From assembly GCF_006345805.1 (NCBI RefSeq), contig NC_043002.1, forward strand, positions 18,972,001 to 19,036,000: 64,000 nt of DNA, read 5' to 3'. The notes beneath the pieces are model-generated. The model was not told the DNA's origin. It worked only from the letters and a program-made list of their open reading frames with translations, and did not search any database. The position numbers and the translations under genes are program-made. This DNA is from Octopus sinensis. Its lineage: Eukaryota. Of this stretch, positions 1 to 12,829 are shown in pieces (positions within the stretch are counted from its first letter, which is position 1; every line of letters begins with the position of its first letter).

Positions 1-681
1 TACACAGATAACAAAATATACGTAAATATTAACACAAATAGAGGTGGATATAAGTGAATATTGATGGAAATAGTATAAGATATGTAAATACTAGCGACGA
101 TATCAGATGTTTATGTTGTAACTGTTGGTAGAAATTGCGATGAAGGTGTATGTGATACGAAACCATTATTATTATTATTTCGGGGATGGTGTAAAGACAG
201 AATCGTTTGACCTTTGGACATGTCTTGATATTTCTTCTGGCTTCAAATCCAGTTGAAGTCAACTTTGCTTTCATTCTTTCCGGGGCGATGAAATAAGTAC
301 GAATCAAGTACAGGGTCAATGTTAAAGACTAACACCCTCACTCAAATTTCAAGCCTTATACTCATGTTAGAAATAATTATCGTTCTAGTAAATAAAAGAT
401 TCCCTTGTTATTGCTCTTATTGTGTTTGCTTGCATAAAGATGTGTAACAAAGTACTTCGTTGTTGAGCTCTGGGACACGTCTTTTCTCTGTGAAATAAAA
501 TAATAGCAACAAGGCAGAAGTTTTCTTCAGTCATATCGCTTTGACGACATCTCGTAAGGTACAAGCACAAAGTGAACATCTGGAAAACAGCTAAATTTTC
601 ACCTGAACTACTAAGACCCGTTGTGCTTACTTTATTTTATCGGTATGTCTACACAAGTGTGCCCTCCCACCCATCGACTTT

Positions 682-1362
682 GTTTCCTCAATGGATATTT
701 CTGGATGAAATTTTCTGCAAATACGCTTCAGTTGCTGAATTTTCCGATTATATCGGGATGTGATGTGAAATATTTTTTTTCTGTGAGTAGGGAGGGGGAT
801 TTCGGAAAATTCACACGTGTCAGCTTTGTTTCCTCATAACTTTAAGAAAAATTGGGTATCTTTTAATGAAATATTCAGCAGTTACCTTTCAGAATGTATA
901 GATTATAATTATATCGGAATTTAATATGAACAAAAACAAAAAAGAAACAAAAAACTGTTGGACTTGCACACCTACATACTGACATACATCACATACATTT
1001 GCAAAATGAAACTTGACACTTAGAAAAGAATTATACCTCAGTATGTGCATGTATGCATGATGCGTGTTCGTTTTTCATTCTTCCTTTCTTTCTTACAAAT
1101 TATATTCTGATATAATCTTAATCTACACTCTCTGAAAGGGATTTGTAGAAAATTTTCATAAAAATGTATTCATTTTTCCTGAAAGTTATAAGGAAACGAA
1201 GCTGACTTGTATGAGTTTTCGGAAACTTCTCTCCCCACGTGCGAATTTTTTAAATTTTTTTACTGCAAATTCCGATATAATCAGAATCTACACCATCTGA
1301 AGCGTATTTGTAGTAAATTTCATTTTAAAAATCTACATCATTCTGGAAGTTATGAGGAAACA
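682..1362. mobile_element. Palindromic MITE-like element with ~250-bp diverged inverted arms
   Basis: 683-930 is the reverse complement of 1100-1362 (e.g. gaaattttctgcaaatacgcttcag vs ctgaagcgtatttgtagtaaatttc). It shares the ggaaaattcacac motif with the element at 13951-14856. Confidence 0.6.
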
Positions 1363-2329
1363 AAGTTGGTGGGAGAGGAGGGCACACTTACTTTAAGGCA
1401 TGCCTTTCTACCTTTAGTCATCAGCCATATTGCAGATTGTACCAACCACAATATTATTGCCATAGTTACTCTTAGTCACACCTTCATTAAAGACTGAAAC
1501 ACAATCATTTGTAAATTCAAATTACATGACTCTATCACTAGTGCTGGTGTCACAAAGAAAGTGCCCATTGCACTCTGTAGAGTGCATTAGGAAGGCTGTT
1601 TTCGTTATTTGATATTGTATCAGTTTATTGATTTTAATTTGTGTTTGAGGAATGTTGGCAGTGTTTAGCTCTAAGTCACCTATGACCAATAGGCATTTCA
1701 GCTGTGTCAGTCCCTCACCTATCTCTTCTTCAAAGGGAATTCACCTACAGAAACCATGACGAGGCAAGACATGTTCACCAACCCATCTAGGAGGGCAGTA
1801 AATCTTTATAAGAACTTTCTGACATCCTGTACCAACTCATGCCAACACGGAAAACAGATGTAAAATGATGATGAGTTCAGTGTGATCCTAGATGCATTTA
1901 AGTAACAATTGTGGTTGATTTGGTTGCTATTTCTAGTGGTCTTATACAAACTAACTCAGCTTGAAACGCATTATGGTGACTAACCTGTAGAGTGCACCAC
2001 ATTAAGGTGACTATTCTCTATTAGCTACCCCTGTATTATACTCAGTCATTGATTGCAATTTAAATTCCCAGTTCAACTACTTTCTTCTTCAATTTCAACT
2101 CCCGCTCGATGACCGCAGCAAGTTCTTAAAAAAAATTTATCTTACTATATTTTTTATTCGTTGTTAATACGTTTATTCATACACTGTTACGAAAATTTAA
2201 CCTTTTTTAAGATACTTTCAAGCCTTCGCCATAACTTGATTTATCTTCCTATCTCTCTCTCTACAATATTTAACCGCAGGCTGCCTCAAGCCGTAATCCC
2301 ATCTTTTTCCCATCTTTCAGTCATTGGCG

Positions 2330-2750
2330 GTGCGCCCGCCCCCCCACCCCCACCACCAATACCGTTGAACCCCCGCCCCCCCCCCACCCCCACCACCAAT
2401 ACCGTTGAACCCGCCCCCCCCCCCCCCACCAATACCGTTGAACCCGCCCCCCCACCCCCACCACCAATACCGTTGAACCCGCCCCCCCACCCCCACCACC
2501 AATACCGTTGAACCGCCCCCCCACCCCCACCACCAATACCGTTGAACCCGCCCCCCCACCCCCACCACCAATACCGTTGAACCCGCCCCCCCCCACCCCC
2601 ACCACCAATACCGTTGAACACTGTTCTCACCCCCACCACCAATACCGTTGAACACTGTTCTCACCCCCACCACCAATACGTTGAACACTGTTCTCACCCC
2701 CACCACAATACCGTTGAACACTGTTCTCACCCCCCCCACCACCAATACCA
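2330..2750. repeat. C-rich minisatellite, ~11 units of ~35 bp (core ccaccaataccgttgaac)
   Basis: The core AATACCGTTGAAC recurs about every 35 bp, separated by C-runs. Later units carry an added ACTGTTCTCA. Confidence 0.9.
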
Positions 2751-2959
2751 GTATACCCCGTTCTCTCTATCTACACCGGATACACCTTACTCATCTACAC
2801 TGGGTACGCCCTACTCCTCCTCCTCCTCCCACTACCACTTCTCCTCATATGCTTAAGACAAGCTGCTAGCGCCATAGCTCATCAACTGCCCACCGATCTT
2901 ACGCTTCTCCTGACACTGCCTCAATCCGACCATCCCCTTTTAGTACCCTCCCGCCTCGT

Positions 2960-3080
2960 CACCTACCCATTCTAAGTACCCCCCACCCATTCTAAGTACC
3001 CCCTACCCATTCTAAATACCCCGGATCCCCAAGTACCCCGGATCCCCAAAATACCCCAGTCCCCAAAGTACCCCGGACCT
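2960..3080. repeat. Short tandem repeats (21-bp cccattctaagtacccc x3, then ~17-bp ccccggatccccaagta x4)
   Basis: Directly visible tandem units. Confidence 0.8.
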
Positions 3081-3084
3081 CGTT

Positions 3085-3348
3085 GCCCCCGTGCCGCTGA
3101 CACGTTAAAATGCTCGAATCCGATCGTGACGATGCCGGACCCTCCGGCCCCTGTGCAGGTGGCACGTAAAAGCACCCAATCCACTCACGGAGTGGTTGGC
3201 GTTAGGAAGGGCATCCAGCCGTAGAAACTCTGCCAGATTCAGACTGGAGCCTGGAGCGGCCCCTGGCTTCCCAGACCCGGTCAAACCGTCCAACCCGTGC
3301 TAGCGCGGAAAGCGGACGTTAAACGATGATGATGATGATGATGATGAT
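3085..3348 (+). mobile_element. RTE-clade LINE 3' end with (GAT)n tail
   Basis: Contains ggcgttaggaagggcatccagccgtagaaac...ggacgttaaac(gat)8. The same terminus is joined to an RTE RT ORF at 16648-18245. Confidence 0.8.
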
Positions 3349-3384
3349 TGATAAAAAAAAATGATCTGAAGATTTATATAAATA

Positions 3385-3775
3385 CTAGCAGTATCGGGGG
3401 GCATTGCTCAGGTTTGTTTCAACCCTTTAGAATTGGAATTTTTGGAAAGTAAAAAAATTTGCATTATGTAGCTTGTTATTCTCTTTAAGTGAACATTTTT
3501 CTTGTTGAAATACACTGAAAAATGGTGACACAGCAGTCAAAAAATCGTAAAAAATAGGGATTTTCATAGAAAAAAAGCATCTTTTTTATGTAAATAATTT
3601 TTGGTCTTAACATGGTCCGATTTGAATTTTATCTTCTACGGAATGAAGAGCAAGCCTTCTTCTATCATACTCTTAATTTTGGTCAACTTGCGCCTCAGGG
3701 TCTTGGAGGAGATAGTGTTAGTTGAAGGCTACCAAACCTGCCACACACAGACAACTTCAGCTTTATATATATAGA
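3385..3775 (-). mobile_element. Non-autonomous Helitron
   Basis: The minus strand reads A|TC...CTAG|T with a GC-rich segment just before CTAG. The 3' end (ctagcagtatcg on +) is shared with 16107-16503. Confidence 0.65.
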
Positions 3776-4027
3776 TTTCAGTATTCTAAATGAATTAGCA
3801 CCAAAATCTTAGCTGTCTCTAAAACCATTATCAAAGTCTTTATGAATAGAATATGTTCCTAATAAATTACGCAGTTAATTTCTATAACAAAGCTAGTTAA
3901 TTATTCTTATAGTTATGCTCTATGTTAGTCCACTCTTTTGCTTTATTTTGAAGTAAGCTCCAAGCACACAACATTATTTATCATTGATTATTTATTACAG
4001 TATTTTTAAGCACACACTTAAATTTTC

Positions 4028-4043
4028 TTTTCTTTAATTTCAG
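4028..4043 (+). promoter_or_regulatory. Putative splice acceptor of ZNF-1 terminal exon (ttttctttaatttcAG)
   Basis: Polypyrimidine tract plus AG at 4042-4043. A near-identical string precedes ZNF-4 (51461-51476). Confidence 0.55.
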
Positions 4044-4289
4044 GCCTGGTATCTTGAAAAGTGGACTTTTACTAAAAGATGTTTAATTCAAGCATGTGGC
4101 ATTCATCAGGTTCTTAAGTTATGTTATTTAGAGGACATTTTTTAAAATATGCTTTAGTCAATTCCATTATGAAATTTAGTAAAAAGATCCAAATTAAGAG
4201 GATTAAATAGTTTTGTATAAATGTGTTCCTAGAAAAGAAAGAAGATCTAGGCATTTACTGCTTGTGTTTCCTCTTATGAACATCTGTTG

Positions 4290-5426
4290 ATGGAAAAAAT
4301 GTTACACACACAGGCAAAATGTCACAGATGTGAAGTTTGTGGGAAAATATTATCTAACAATTTTAAATTATTGGCTCACAACCGTACTCATACGGGTGAG
4401 AAACCATACAGTTGTGAAACCTGTGGGAAAGCATTTTCACATTATGGCTCCTTTGTAGTACATAAACGTGTTCACACAGGAGAAAGACCATACCACTGTG
4501 AAATTTGTGGTAAAACATTTTCTTACATTGGTCACTTGACAAGACATAAACGGAGCCATACTGGAGAACGTCCATACGTTTGTACGGTTTGTGGGAAAAC
4601 ATTCCCCGATGTTACTCGTTTTTCAGATCATAAACGTATTCACACAGGGGAAAAGCCTTACCAATGTGAATTTTGTGGAAAAACATTTACTCTGAAAAAC
4701 CAGCTAAAAGTTCATAAGCGAATTCATACGGGTGACAGACCTTACCATTGTGATGTTTGTGGGAGGTCATTTGCTCAGAACGCTCACTTGACCGGTCATA
4801 AACGTACTCACACAGGAGAAAAATCATTCCACTGTGAAATTTGTGGTAAATCCTTTACGCAAAATAGTAGCTTATCTGTTCATAAATATACTCACCTTGA
4901 AGAAAAACCATACAACTGTGATATTTGTGGGAAAGCCTTTTCTCATAATCGTTTGTTATCAAATCATGCACGTACCCACACAGAAGTTAAACGATACCAA
5001 TGTGAAATCTGCGGGAAAGCCTTTCATCGAAAGAGTGCCCTTTCAGTTCATAAACGTAGTCACACAGGTGAGAAGCCATACAAATGTGCACTTTGTGAGA
5101 AAACATTTTCTCGAAGTGGGAGCCTTGCAGTTCATGTACGCATTCACACTGGTGAAAAGCCATACCATTGTGACTTGTGTGGCAAATTATTCTCTGGAAA
5201 GAGTAGTCTTTCAGATCATCTACATTTTCACTCCAGGAGAAAATCATACCACTGTGAAGTATGTGGCAAAACATTTTCTCAGGGTCGTACCTTAATTATT
5301 CATAAACGCATTCATACAGGAGTGAAGCCCTACCAATGTGATACTTGTGATAAAGGATTTTCTAAAAAATGTTATTTATTGCATCATAAGTGTATTCAGA
5401 TTAAAAAAGAATCACAAATTTTGTGA
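4290..5426 (+). CDS. C2H2 zinc-finger protein ZNF-1, 13 finger positions (last degenerate), 378 aa from ATG
   Basis: Tandem CxxC-x12-Hxxx H repeats with TGEKPY linkers. First ATG is at 4290 (the track starts at TTG 4287); in-frame stop upstream at 4248. Confidence 0.93.
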   Translation: MEKMLHTQAKCHRCEVCGKILSNNFKLLAHNRTHTGEKPYSCETCGKAFSHYGSFVVHKRVHTGERPYHCEICGKTFSYIGHLTRHKRSHTGERPYVCTVCGKTFPDVTRFSDHKRIHTGEKPYQCEFCGKTFTLKNQLKVHKRIHTGDRPYHCDVCGRSFAQNAHLTGHKRTHTGEKSFHCEICGKSFTQNSSLSVHKYTHLEEKPYNCDICGKAFSHNRLLSNHARTHTEVKRYQCEICGKAFHRKSALSVHKRSHTGEKPYKCALCEKTFSRSGSLAVHVRIHTGEKPYHCDLCGKLFSGKSSLSDHLHFHSRRKSYHCEVCGKTFSQGRTLIIHKRIHTGVKPYQCDTCDKGFSKKCYLLHHKCIQIKKESQIL

Positions 5427-6824
5427 TTTTTGATTGATAAAAAACGTCACAGATTGGTTTATACTAGAGAGAGACTGTTATGTTTTGGAACTGTGAAACC
5501 AGTATTTTATTCCTGCTTAACTTAAAGTGAAAAGTCCTTCTTTATAAACTGTACCTTAATGAGAATTTGTTCTAAAAAAGATTCATTCCTCTGTGATAAT
5601 TATCCCATAGCTGAGATCAGGAATATATTTCTGAGTGTGGGAATATAATAGCAATGTACTTTTTTAATTTTTAATCCAATAACATTAATAATATTTACTG
5701 TGCGATTTCTTTTTTATGTATTTGTTTTTTTACATTTCTTTTTTACAACTAAAACAAATTTCATAAAAGTTTTTAATTAATTAGCTTTGAAAATTTCTAT
5801 GACATTTTCCTGTTGCAAATATATATTTCAGTATGAGATTGTTCTGAATTTAGCCCAGTTGTGACATAATAAGTTATTTTTAAACTAATGATTTCATCTG
5901 TTTCTTGGTTATTATGTTTTAAACTCTTAAAGGTGAGCTGAGCTGGCAGAATCATTAACTTTCTGGACAAAATACTCAGCAGCATTTCATATATCTTTAC
6001 ATTTTGAGTTCAAATTCTCCTGTGGTTGACTTTGCCTTTCATCCTTTTGGGGTCGATGAAAAAAGTACCAGTTGAGCACTGGGGTCGATGGCATCATCTA
6101 GCCCTCTCCCTAAAAATTCCAATATTTTACTAATGTTGATGTATCCCAAGGTTTGATGATGTGTCAAGCACACATTTTACGTTCTGTATAAATTCTTGTT
6201 ACTTCTTACAGGACTATGTAGAGGACATGAGTTTTCATTTCATTGACAAAAATTCACTCACATCATGCTTCTTCTACCCCACTGACTTCTACTGCATACC
6301 TCAGCATGTCTACCCAATTTATTTATCTGCCTCTCTGTAATGACGGGGCTTCTCTGCAGTCACTCAACCTGTTAGAAATATCAGTCAAATCTTCCTACTG
6401 TCTTAAAAAGGGAAGAATATTAAAAACAGATGGTCATTGCTTGAATGTTTCCGATCATAGGTTTGCTCTATCAGTGCAGACCTGGGGCTAAGCAACAACT
6501 TTCATCATTCTTTTTGTGTTTTATCAACCAGATCTTACACTAACCACTTTGCACTTGAACTCTAAACCTTGATTCTCCTACAGATGTCCGCCTATAAAAA
6601 TTCAAACTGGACATCAATCCCATTTTTCTTGGAGGTCATAAGAACAACAAAAGCGTTGCACTTCTTCTCTTGTCTAATTGGTATATAAATACAGAAATAA
6701 AAGGTTGCCAATTGAAATTGATCATTATTTTCTAGTGGTTGTAATCCCTCATGACTAGAGAAAATATTGTCACTTGGTGGGTATCTTTTCATATTATTTA
6801 TAATGTGGAATACCATTGAATACC

Positions 6825-7056
6825 TATTTCTTTATTACCCACAAGGGGATAAACACAGAGGGGACAAACAAGGACAGACATAGGTATTAAGTCGATTACA
6901 TCGACCCCAGTGCGTAACTGGTACTTAATTTATCGACCCCGAAAGGATGAAAGGCAAAGTCGACCTTGACGGAATTTGAACTCACAACGTAACGCAGACA
7001 AAATACCGCTAAGCATTTCGCCCGGCGTGCTAACGTTTCTGCCAGCTTGCCGCCTT
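6825..7056 (-). mobile_element. tRNA-derived SINE family B with 13-bp TSD
   Basis: Core gaccccgaaaggatgaaaggcaaagtcgacc...ggaatttgaactc is repeated many times in the window. accattgaatacc flanks it at 6812-6824 and 7065-7077. Confidence 0.85.
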
Positions 7057-8029
7057 TATTATAGACCATTGAATACCATCACATGTTGCTTGTTATAAGC
7101 ACCAATGTGCTGCATGTTTTTATGTGGCACTGCATAATAGTTGTACCCTAATGAGGGGAATTGAAATCTGTACTTCAAGCTTCAAACACTTGTCTGATTT
7201 GCAGTACTGCTTAAGGAGACTAACTGCCCCTTCTCTGCCATATCTGCTTATAACTTGGTACATTGGGTCATTTGCTAGGTAGGTCTTTTCTCCATGGATA
7301 TGGCACATTATTGATTGCTTGATACATGGTCATGTGAGAAGAGACAGTGCTGGTTTGGTAATGTGATGCTGACAGCTCCATAAAGAAGTGCTGATCTCTC
7401 AAAGTGGATGGAAGTCATGGGATGAAGAACTGAAGAAGCTGAACCTTTCAGGCAAGATGACAAAGGGCAGAGATAATGCGACAACATGAAAAAGTGCCTG
7501 TGTAGCAACGCGTGAAAGCATCCATGCAGCATCACATAAAAGCACGCAGCACAATCTGTAAAGTGGTTGGCATTAGGAAGGGCATCCAGCTGTAGAAACC
7601 ATGCAAAATCAGACTTGTCTGGTGCCCCCCCCCACACACACACACACTCAGCTTGCCAGCTCTGGTCACACTGTTCAACCCATGCCAGCATAGACAACAG
7701 ATGTTACATGATGATGAATATGTTTATTTGTTGGCAGTAAAATCCTTAGTCTATTGAGTTAGCATGAATTCAATATACACTGATCAAGCTCACCTTGACT
7801 AATAAACATTGACATGTTCTTCTTGATATATATTTATATAGTGTTGTATGGTAAGCAAAACTGATTACTTCTATGGAAAAAAGCTTTAATTTTAATTTTT
7901 TTATTTTGCTTTCAGTTTTGTTCTATTAGAAACTCAATATTAAATTCATTTAAGTTTTGTGGTAATACAGTGCTACCATAGCATTCTTACATAGTGTGCA
8001 CCTAACTTTAATAAAATAAATAAATGTGC

Positions 8030-8268
8030 TCTTTTAAAGCTGAGCCAGGCTCATGGGCTCAGTTTCCCAGTTTCAATGGTGTATGTGTTCCCCAGCTGAA
8101 TGGAATGCCAGTCCATCGCAGCATTACTCATTTTTGCCAGCTAAGTGGACTGGAGCAACGTTAAATGAAGTGTTTTGCTCAAGAACACAATGCGTCGCCT
8201 GGTCCAGGAATCGAAACCACAATCTTATGATTATGATGCTGACATCCTAACCACTAAGCCTTCGCCTA
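8030..8268 (-). mobile_element. tRNA-derived SINE family C (V/Meta-domain-like body)
   Basis: Minus strand begins ggcttagtggttagg...ggtttcgattcctgg (A/B-box-like) and continues into gcgatggactggcattcc. Confidence 0.6.
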
Positions 8269-8619
8269 AAACTAATAAGCTTCTTTAAAATATTCAACAA
8301 ATTATATATGAGCTCGCAGAATCATTAGCATGCCAGGTAAAGTGTTTAACAGTATTTCATTTGTCTTTATGTTCTGAGTTCAAATCTACTGATGTTGACT
8401 TGGCCTCCTTTCATCCTTTCAGGATCGATAAAATAAGTATCATTTGAGCACTGGAGGTGATGTATTTGATTTAGACCACCCCACCCACCGAGTTGCTGGC
8501 TTTGTGCCAGGGTTTGAAATCAGTATTATGAATTAAAAAGAAAAAAAACAATGACGATCAGTCTTTAAATGTGTTTCTTCATGGAAGCAAGATATCATTT
8601 GGACGAGGGGCCTCACAGA

Positions 8620-9220
8620 AGCAATGACAGGAGACTGAGACCTTTGGATATATGCTGTGATTGAGAAGACCCAGCAACTAAAGTGAGATCGCAGCCATGG
8701 CCGATGATATTGTTGCATGTCTGGCCCATTTAAAAGTACCCTTGATGCGTCGGGCAATATGATATGCTTGAGAAGATCTGTTGAATCAAGTAAAACCCAA
8801 ATCATAGCTGTAGCAAGTGTCCCCTAACTGGCTCCTGTTCCAGTGGCAAGTAAAATGCATCATCTGAACTTAGTTGATGCTAGTGTCCCCTGACTGGCTC
8901 CCATGCCGGTGACATGTAAACAGCACCATCCAAATATGGTCGATGCCAGGTCTGCTTGACTGGCTCCCATGCCAGTGGCACATAAAAAGCCCCATCTGAA
9001 TGTGATCAATGCCAGGTCTGCCTGACTGGGTCTTGTGCAGGTGGCACGTAAAAAGCACCCACTACTCTCTGAGTGGTTGGCATTAGGAAGGGCATCTAGC
9101 TGTAGAAACATTGCCAGATCAGATTGGAGCCTGGTGCAGCCACTGAGTTTCCAGACCTCAGTCAAACTGTCCAACCTATGCCTGCATGGAAAACAGGCGT
9201 TAAACGATGTTGATGATGAT
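8620..9220 (+). mobile_element. RTE LINE 3' UTR with ~4 degenerate ~58-bp repeat units and GAT tail
   Basis: Repeated ctggctcccatgccggtgacatgtaaa..gcaccatc units, followed by the conserved ggcattaggaagggcatc terminus. Confidence 0.75.
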
Positions 9221-10552
9221 TAGTTAGTTTGGTCTGTTTTGATTAGTTATCACATACTGTATTCTTTTTCTCATGATTTGGTGTCTGAACCCAGTAATAG
9301 AATGTATAAATGCTGTGTAATATCAATAGATGTTATTTGAAGATCATAGATTCTACCAAAGCAACACTTATGTACAACAGCAGATAATTTTCTTTCCATT
9401 ATATTACAATCTCAGAATGGAAAAATATATTCTCTGCTGGTCAATAAACCAATTTAGCTATGGTAAGCTTCCTTGACCTCAATAAAATAATACACATAAT
9501 AAAAACTTACATTTGATATTGGATAAGGACACAAAAAAGGTTGATGTTACAGATTACTGAAATGAACAGAGCATTCCACATGCTATTGTTTTATGTATAC
9601 GATGGTAGAATTGTTAGCATTCCAGACAAAATGCTTAGTTACATTTTTTTTCTGGCTTTATTTTCTGAGTTCAGAAACTTTGCCCTTCATCCTTTCAAGG
9701 AACAAGGAAGGGAAGCTAGTTAAGTGCCACTTCTTTGACAGTGTTGTCGTTGGACCCTAATTCAGCAGACCTATAATTCAAAAGCATCCTAGTTGAAATC
9801 AGCCTTCTTTTTTTTTCTTTTTTTTTCTTCTCAGGCATAGTTTATTTTCGACTATGTTATTTAACCTTTTACTATTTAAATTAGCCATATCTGGCCAAAA
9901 AACTGACCAGATCCCAGCTCTCATACCTACTCTACACTGTCATTAAAATATATATAATCAAGTGATTATAATATTGAAGCTATGGGATTATACCTGATAA
10001 AGTCAAAACAATGTGAAGAAATAAGCAATACATTTGACAAAGAAATAGAATGCTAGAGTTAGTGTATCCTTCCATTTCTTTTTAAAGCTGGTGGATTTGT
10101 TTGAGAGAAATTTAATTGCTATCTCTAGCTTATTGCCTCATTCCAAAACAGTTATACATGACTTTCCAACCACATGGTTTTGGGTTCAGTCTCACTCTAT
10201 GGCACCTTGGACATGTGTCTTCTTGTGAGTGATTTGGTTGACAGAAACTGAAAGAAGCCTGATGTGTGATAGTTGTGTCAGCTATTCAAGTGGTGTACTT
10301 TATTTTCACTCATCTCTGCAAATATATCCAGTCATATCTGCTATGTCTCTCTCTCATTGATCGACCATATTTGTCTTGAGGGCTTGTGGGTGCTGCTGTT
10401 ACATATAAAGTGCCTGTACTTGTGGAACATAAAAACACCCAGGCATTCCATACAAGGTACCAAGTGTAAGCTATGGACACACAAGAGATGCAGTGGAATA
10501 ACAGGAAGATTTTCAGAGAAAGTTGTGTTTGTATGTGGAAGAGGCACAGGTA

Positions 10553-10935
10553 CAGGCATGGCTCTGTGGCAAGAAGCTTGCTTCCCAACCATATAATTCT
10601 GGGTTCAGTCCCACTGTGTGGCACCTTGGGCAAGTGTTTTGTACTATAGCCCCAGGCCAACCAAAGCCTTGTAAGTGGATTTGGTAGACAGAAACTGAAA
10701 GAAGCCTGTTGTATATATATCTATGTGTGTCTTTGTACCCCCACTATCACTTGACAACCGATGCTGGTGTGTTTATGTCTCTGTAATTTAGCAGTTTGGC
10801 AAAAGAGACCAATGGAATAAGTATGGGGTTTACAAAGAATAAGTCCAGGAGTCAATTTCTTCAACTAAAACCCTTTAAGGTGGAGCTCCAGCATGGCCAC
10901 AGTCAAATTACTGAAGCAAGTAAAAGAGTAAAAAA
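10553..10935 (+). mobile_element. tRNA-derived SINE family A
   Basis: Body gggttcagtcccactg..ggcaccttgggcaagtg...ccagcatggccacagtcaaat, with a gtaaaaga tail. Confidence 0.8.
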
Positions 10936-11100
10936 GAAGCCATAAAAACTATAGATACTTAGGAAATTGATTTTCTCAAATGCTCCAGAAGCTCTTTAGA
11001 AGTAGTAGATAATTTCTGCTACCAAGGGGACCTAATTAGCAATGGTGAAGGATGTACCAAAAGTGTAATTGCCAGAATAAGAATAGGATGGAGGAGAGTT

Positions 11101-12294
11101 CAATAAAGGCAACAATGCAATGGAAAGTGCAAAGAATATTCATGCAGTATATGGAGATTGGACAATAAGCATAAGCCAATGTCAATGGTGGTTCCAGAAA
11201 TTCCGAACCAGAAACTACAGCCTAAAAGATGAGCCTCGTCCCGGAAGATCTGTAGGGCTCGACAAGGACATCCTGCAAATCCTGGCGGAACGAAATCGCA
11301 TCGTAACTGTTGAAGAACTAGCAGAGAAGCTTGGATTTGGTCATTCAACCATTCATTGACTCCTGCATGCCATCGGAAAAGTCAGCAAATTGGGTAAATG
11401 GGTTCCCCACAAACTTTCCAAGTCTAATTGCGTGCAGAGAGTGAATGTGTGCTCTTCTTTGCTGTCACATTTTACAAATGAACCCTTTTTTTGGACCAAA
11501 TAGTGACTGGTGGTGAGAAATAGGTTCTCTGTAAAAATGTCAAGCACTGAAGACTGGGTAGGAGAAGGAGAAACACCAGTACCCCAGGCTAAAGAAGGTC
11601 TTCAGCCATGTAAGGTGTTGTTATCTGGTGGGATATGAAAGGCTTAGTCCACTTTGAACTTTTAAACCCAAACCAAATGATAACAAAGGAGAGCGGCTTA
11701 AGTCAGGGCTAGAAGAAAAACAACCGTCTTTGGTTTCAAGATGAAAGGTGCTCTTCCATCAGGATAATGCTCAGCAACGTACAGCAAGGATGACATTCCA
11801 AAGGCTGGAGCAGTTTGAATAGGAAATGATGCCCCACCCACCATATTCGCTGGACACTGCCCCATCTGATTATCATTTATTCCAGTTTTCAAAATCACTT
11901 GGACAGAAAAAATATATGAGGTCAGAACAGTACTGGAGGAGTATTTTTCATGGCGAACAAGTGAATTTTCGGAGAGGGTTCCGTGCAAGTCTACCAGATA
12001 GATGAAAGAGCATTGTAGAAAATGAATGAATATATTTTAGATCAGTAGTTCCCAACCTTTTTTATGCCCTGCACCCCTAAAAACTTTTAATGTTCTTGCT
12101 CTCCTTAAAGTAATAATTTATATAAGAATAAAAGTGCCCAGGGCAATTGCCCTCTTTGACCCCCTATAAATCCTGCCCTGCTCGCACCCCCTAGTTGGGA
12201 AACCTTGTTTTAGATTAAAAAAGAACTTAGTTTATCTTAATTTTGTAAAATAATAGAAGTATAAAAAACGCATTATTTATGGGATGACCCAATA
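11101..12294 (+). mobile_element. Mariner (DD34D-type) transposon pseudogene, 5'-truncated
   Basis: HTH region ...SLKDEPRPGR...TVEELAEKLG, WVPHKL at ~11400, IVTGGEK, and a YSLDTAPSDYHLF motif, with stops and frameshifts. Right end is ...gggatgacccaaTA. Confidence 0.85.
12043..12207. mobile_element. hAT-type MITE (165 bp) with exact 8-bp TSD ttttagat
   Basis: Ends are cagtagttcccaac and gttgggaaaccttg. TSD at 12035-12042 and 12208-12215. Confidence 0.8.
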
Positions 12295-12829
12295 CCTCTG
12301 TTGGCAACCAAAGATATCTCTCTCTGAGTGAAAGAAAGATTGTGTTTTGTCTGTGTAAGAACAGCAATGTTACATGGTAGTGGGACATGGGTCCTGAATG
12401 GAGGAATGAAGCTAGTATGCTTTACTGAAAGTGCAATGTCAGTGTACGTGTGCAAGAGCCCTTATGTACTGAAAGAAAAATTAGGCATAACAGGAATTAG
12501 ATGTATTGTGCAAGAGAGAAGACTGTTGTTCTGATTTGGCCATGTGATGCATATGTATGTGGACAGTTGCATAAAGAAGTATTGATCACTAAAAGTGGAT
12601 GGAAATCATGAAAGAGAGAGACCCAGGAAGACATGGGACAAAATACTGAGGGTTGATCTCAAGACACTGAGCCTTATGAAGGAGATGACAAAAGACCAAG
12701 ATATCTGGTACCTTGCTGTACTCAAGAGACCCATCCACCACAGTAGAATTGATATCTTAAACCATCTTAGTAAATGCCTGTGTGAGGAGCTCTGCCCTCT
12801 GAACCATTTCCCTCCACCTTTCATCCTTT

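Larger units (their letters stand above)
10390..12790 (+). mobile_element. Decayed RTE LINE RT/3' region interrupted by a SINE, a mariner and a hAT MITE
   Basis: Translatable pieces CKLWTHKRCSGITGRFSEKVVFVCGR, RTAMLHGSGTW and RPRKTWDK match the RTE ORF at 17497-18273. Confidence 0.8.

Noticed and set aside
2161-2869. Pro-rich and Gly-rich ORFs on both strands
   Set aside because: They are translations of the C-rich minisatellite, with no domain signal.
4363-5295. Alternative-frame and antisense ORFs within the ZNF genes (also 19814-21196, 32133-32915, 51959-53215)
   Set aside because: Shadow ORFs produced by the 84-nt finger periodicity.
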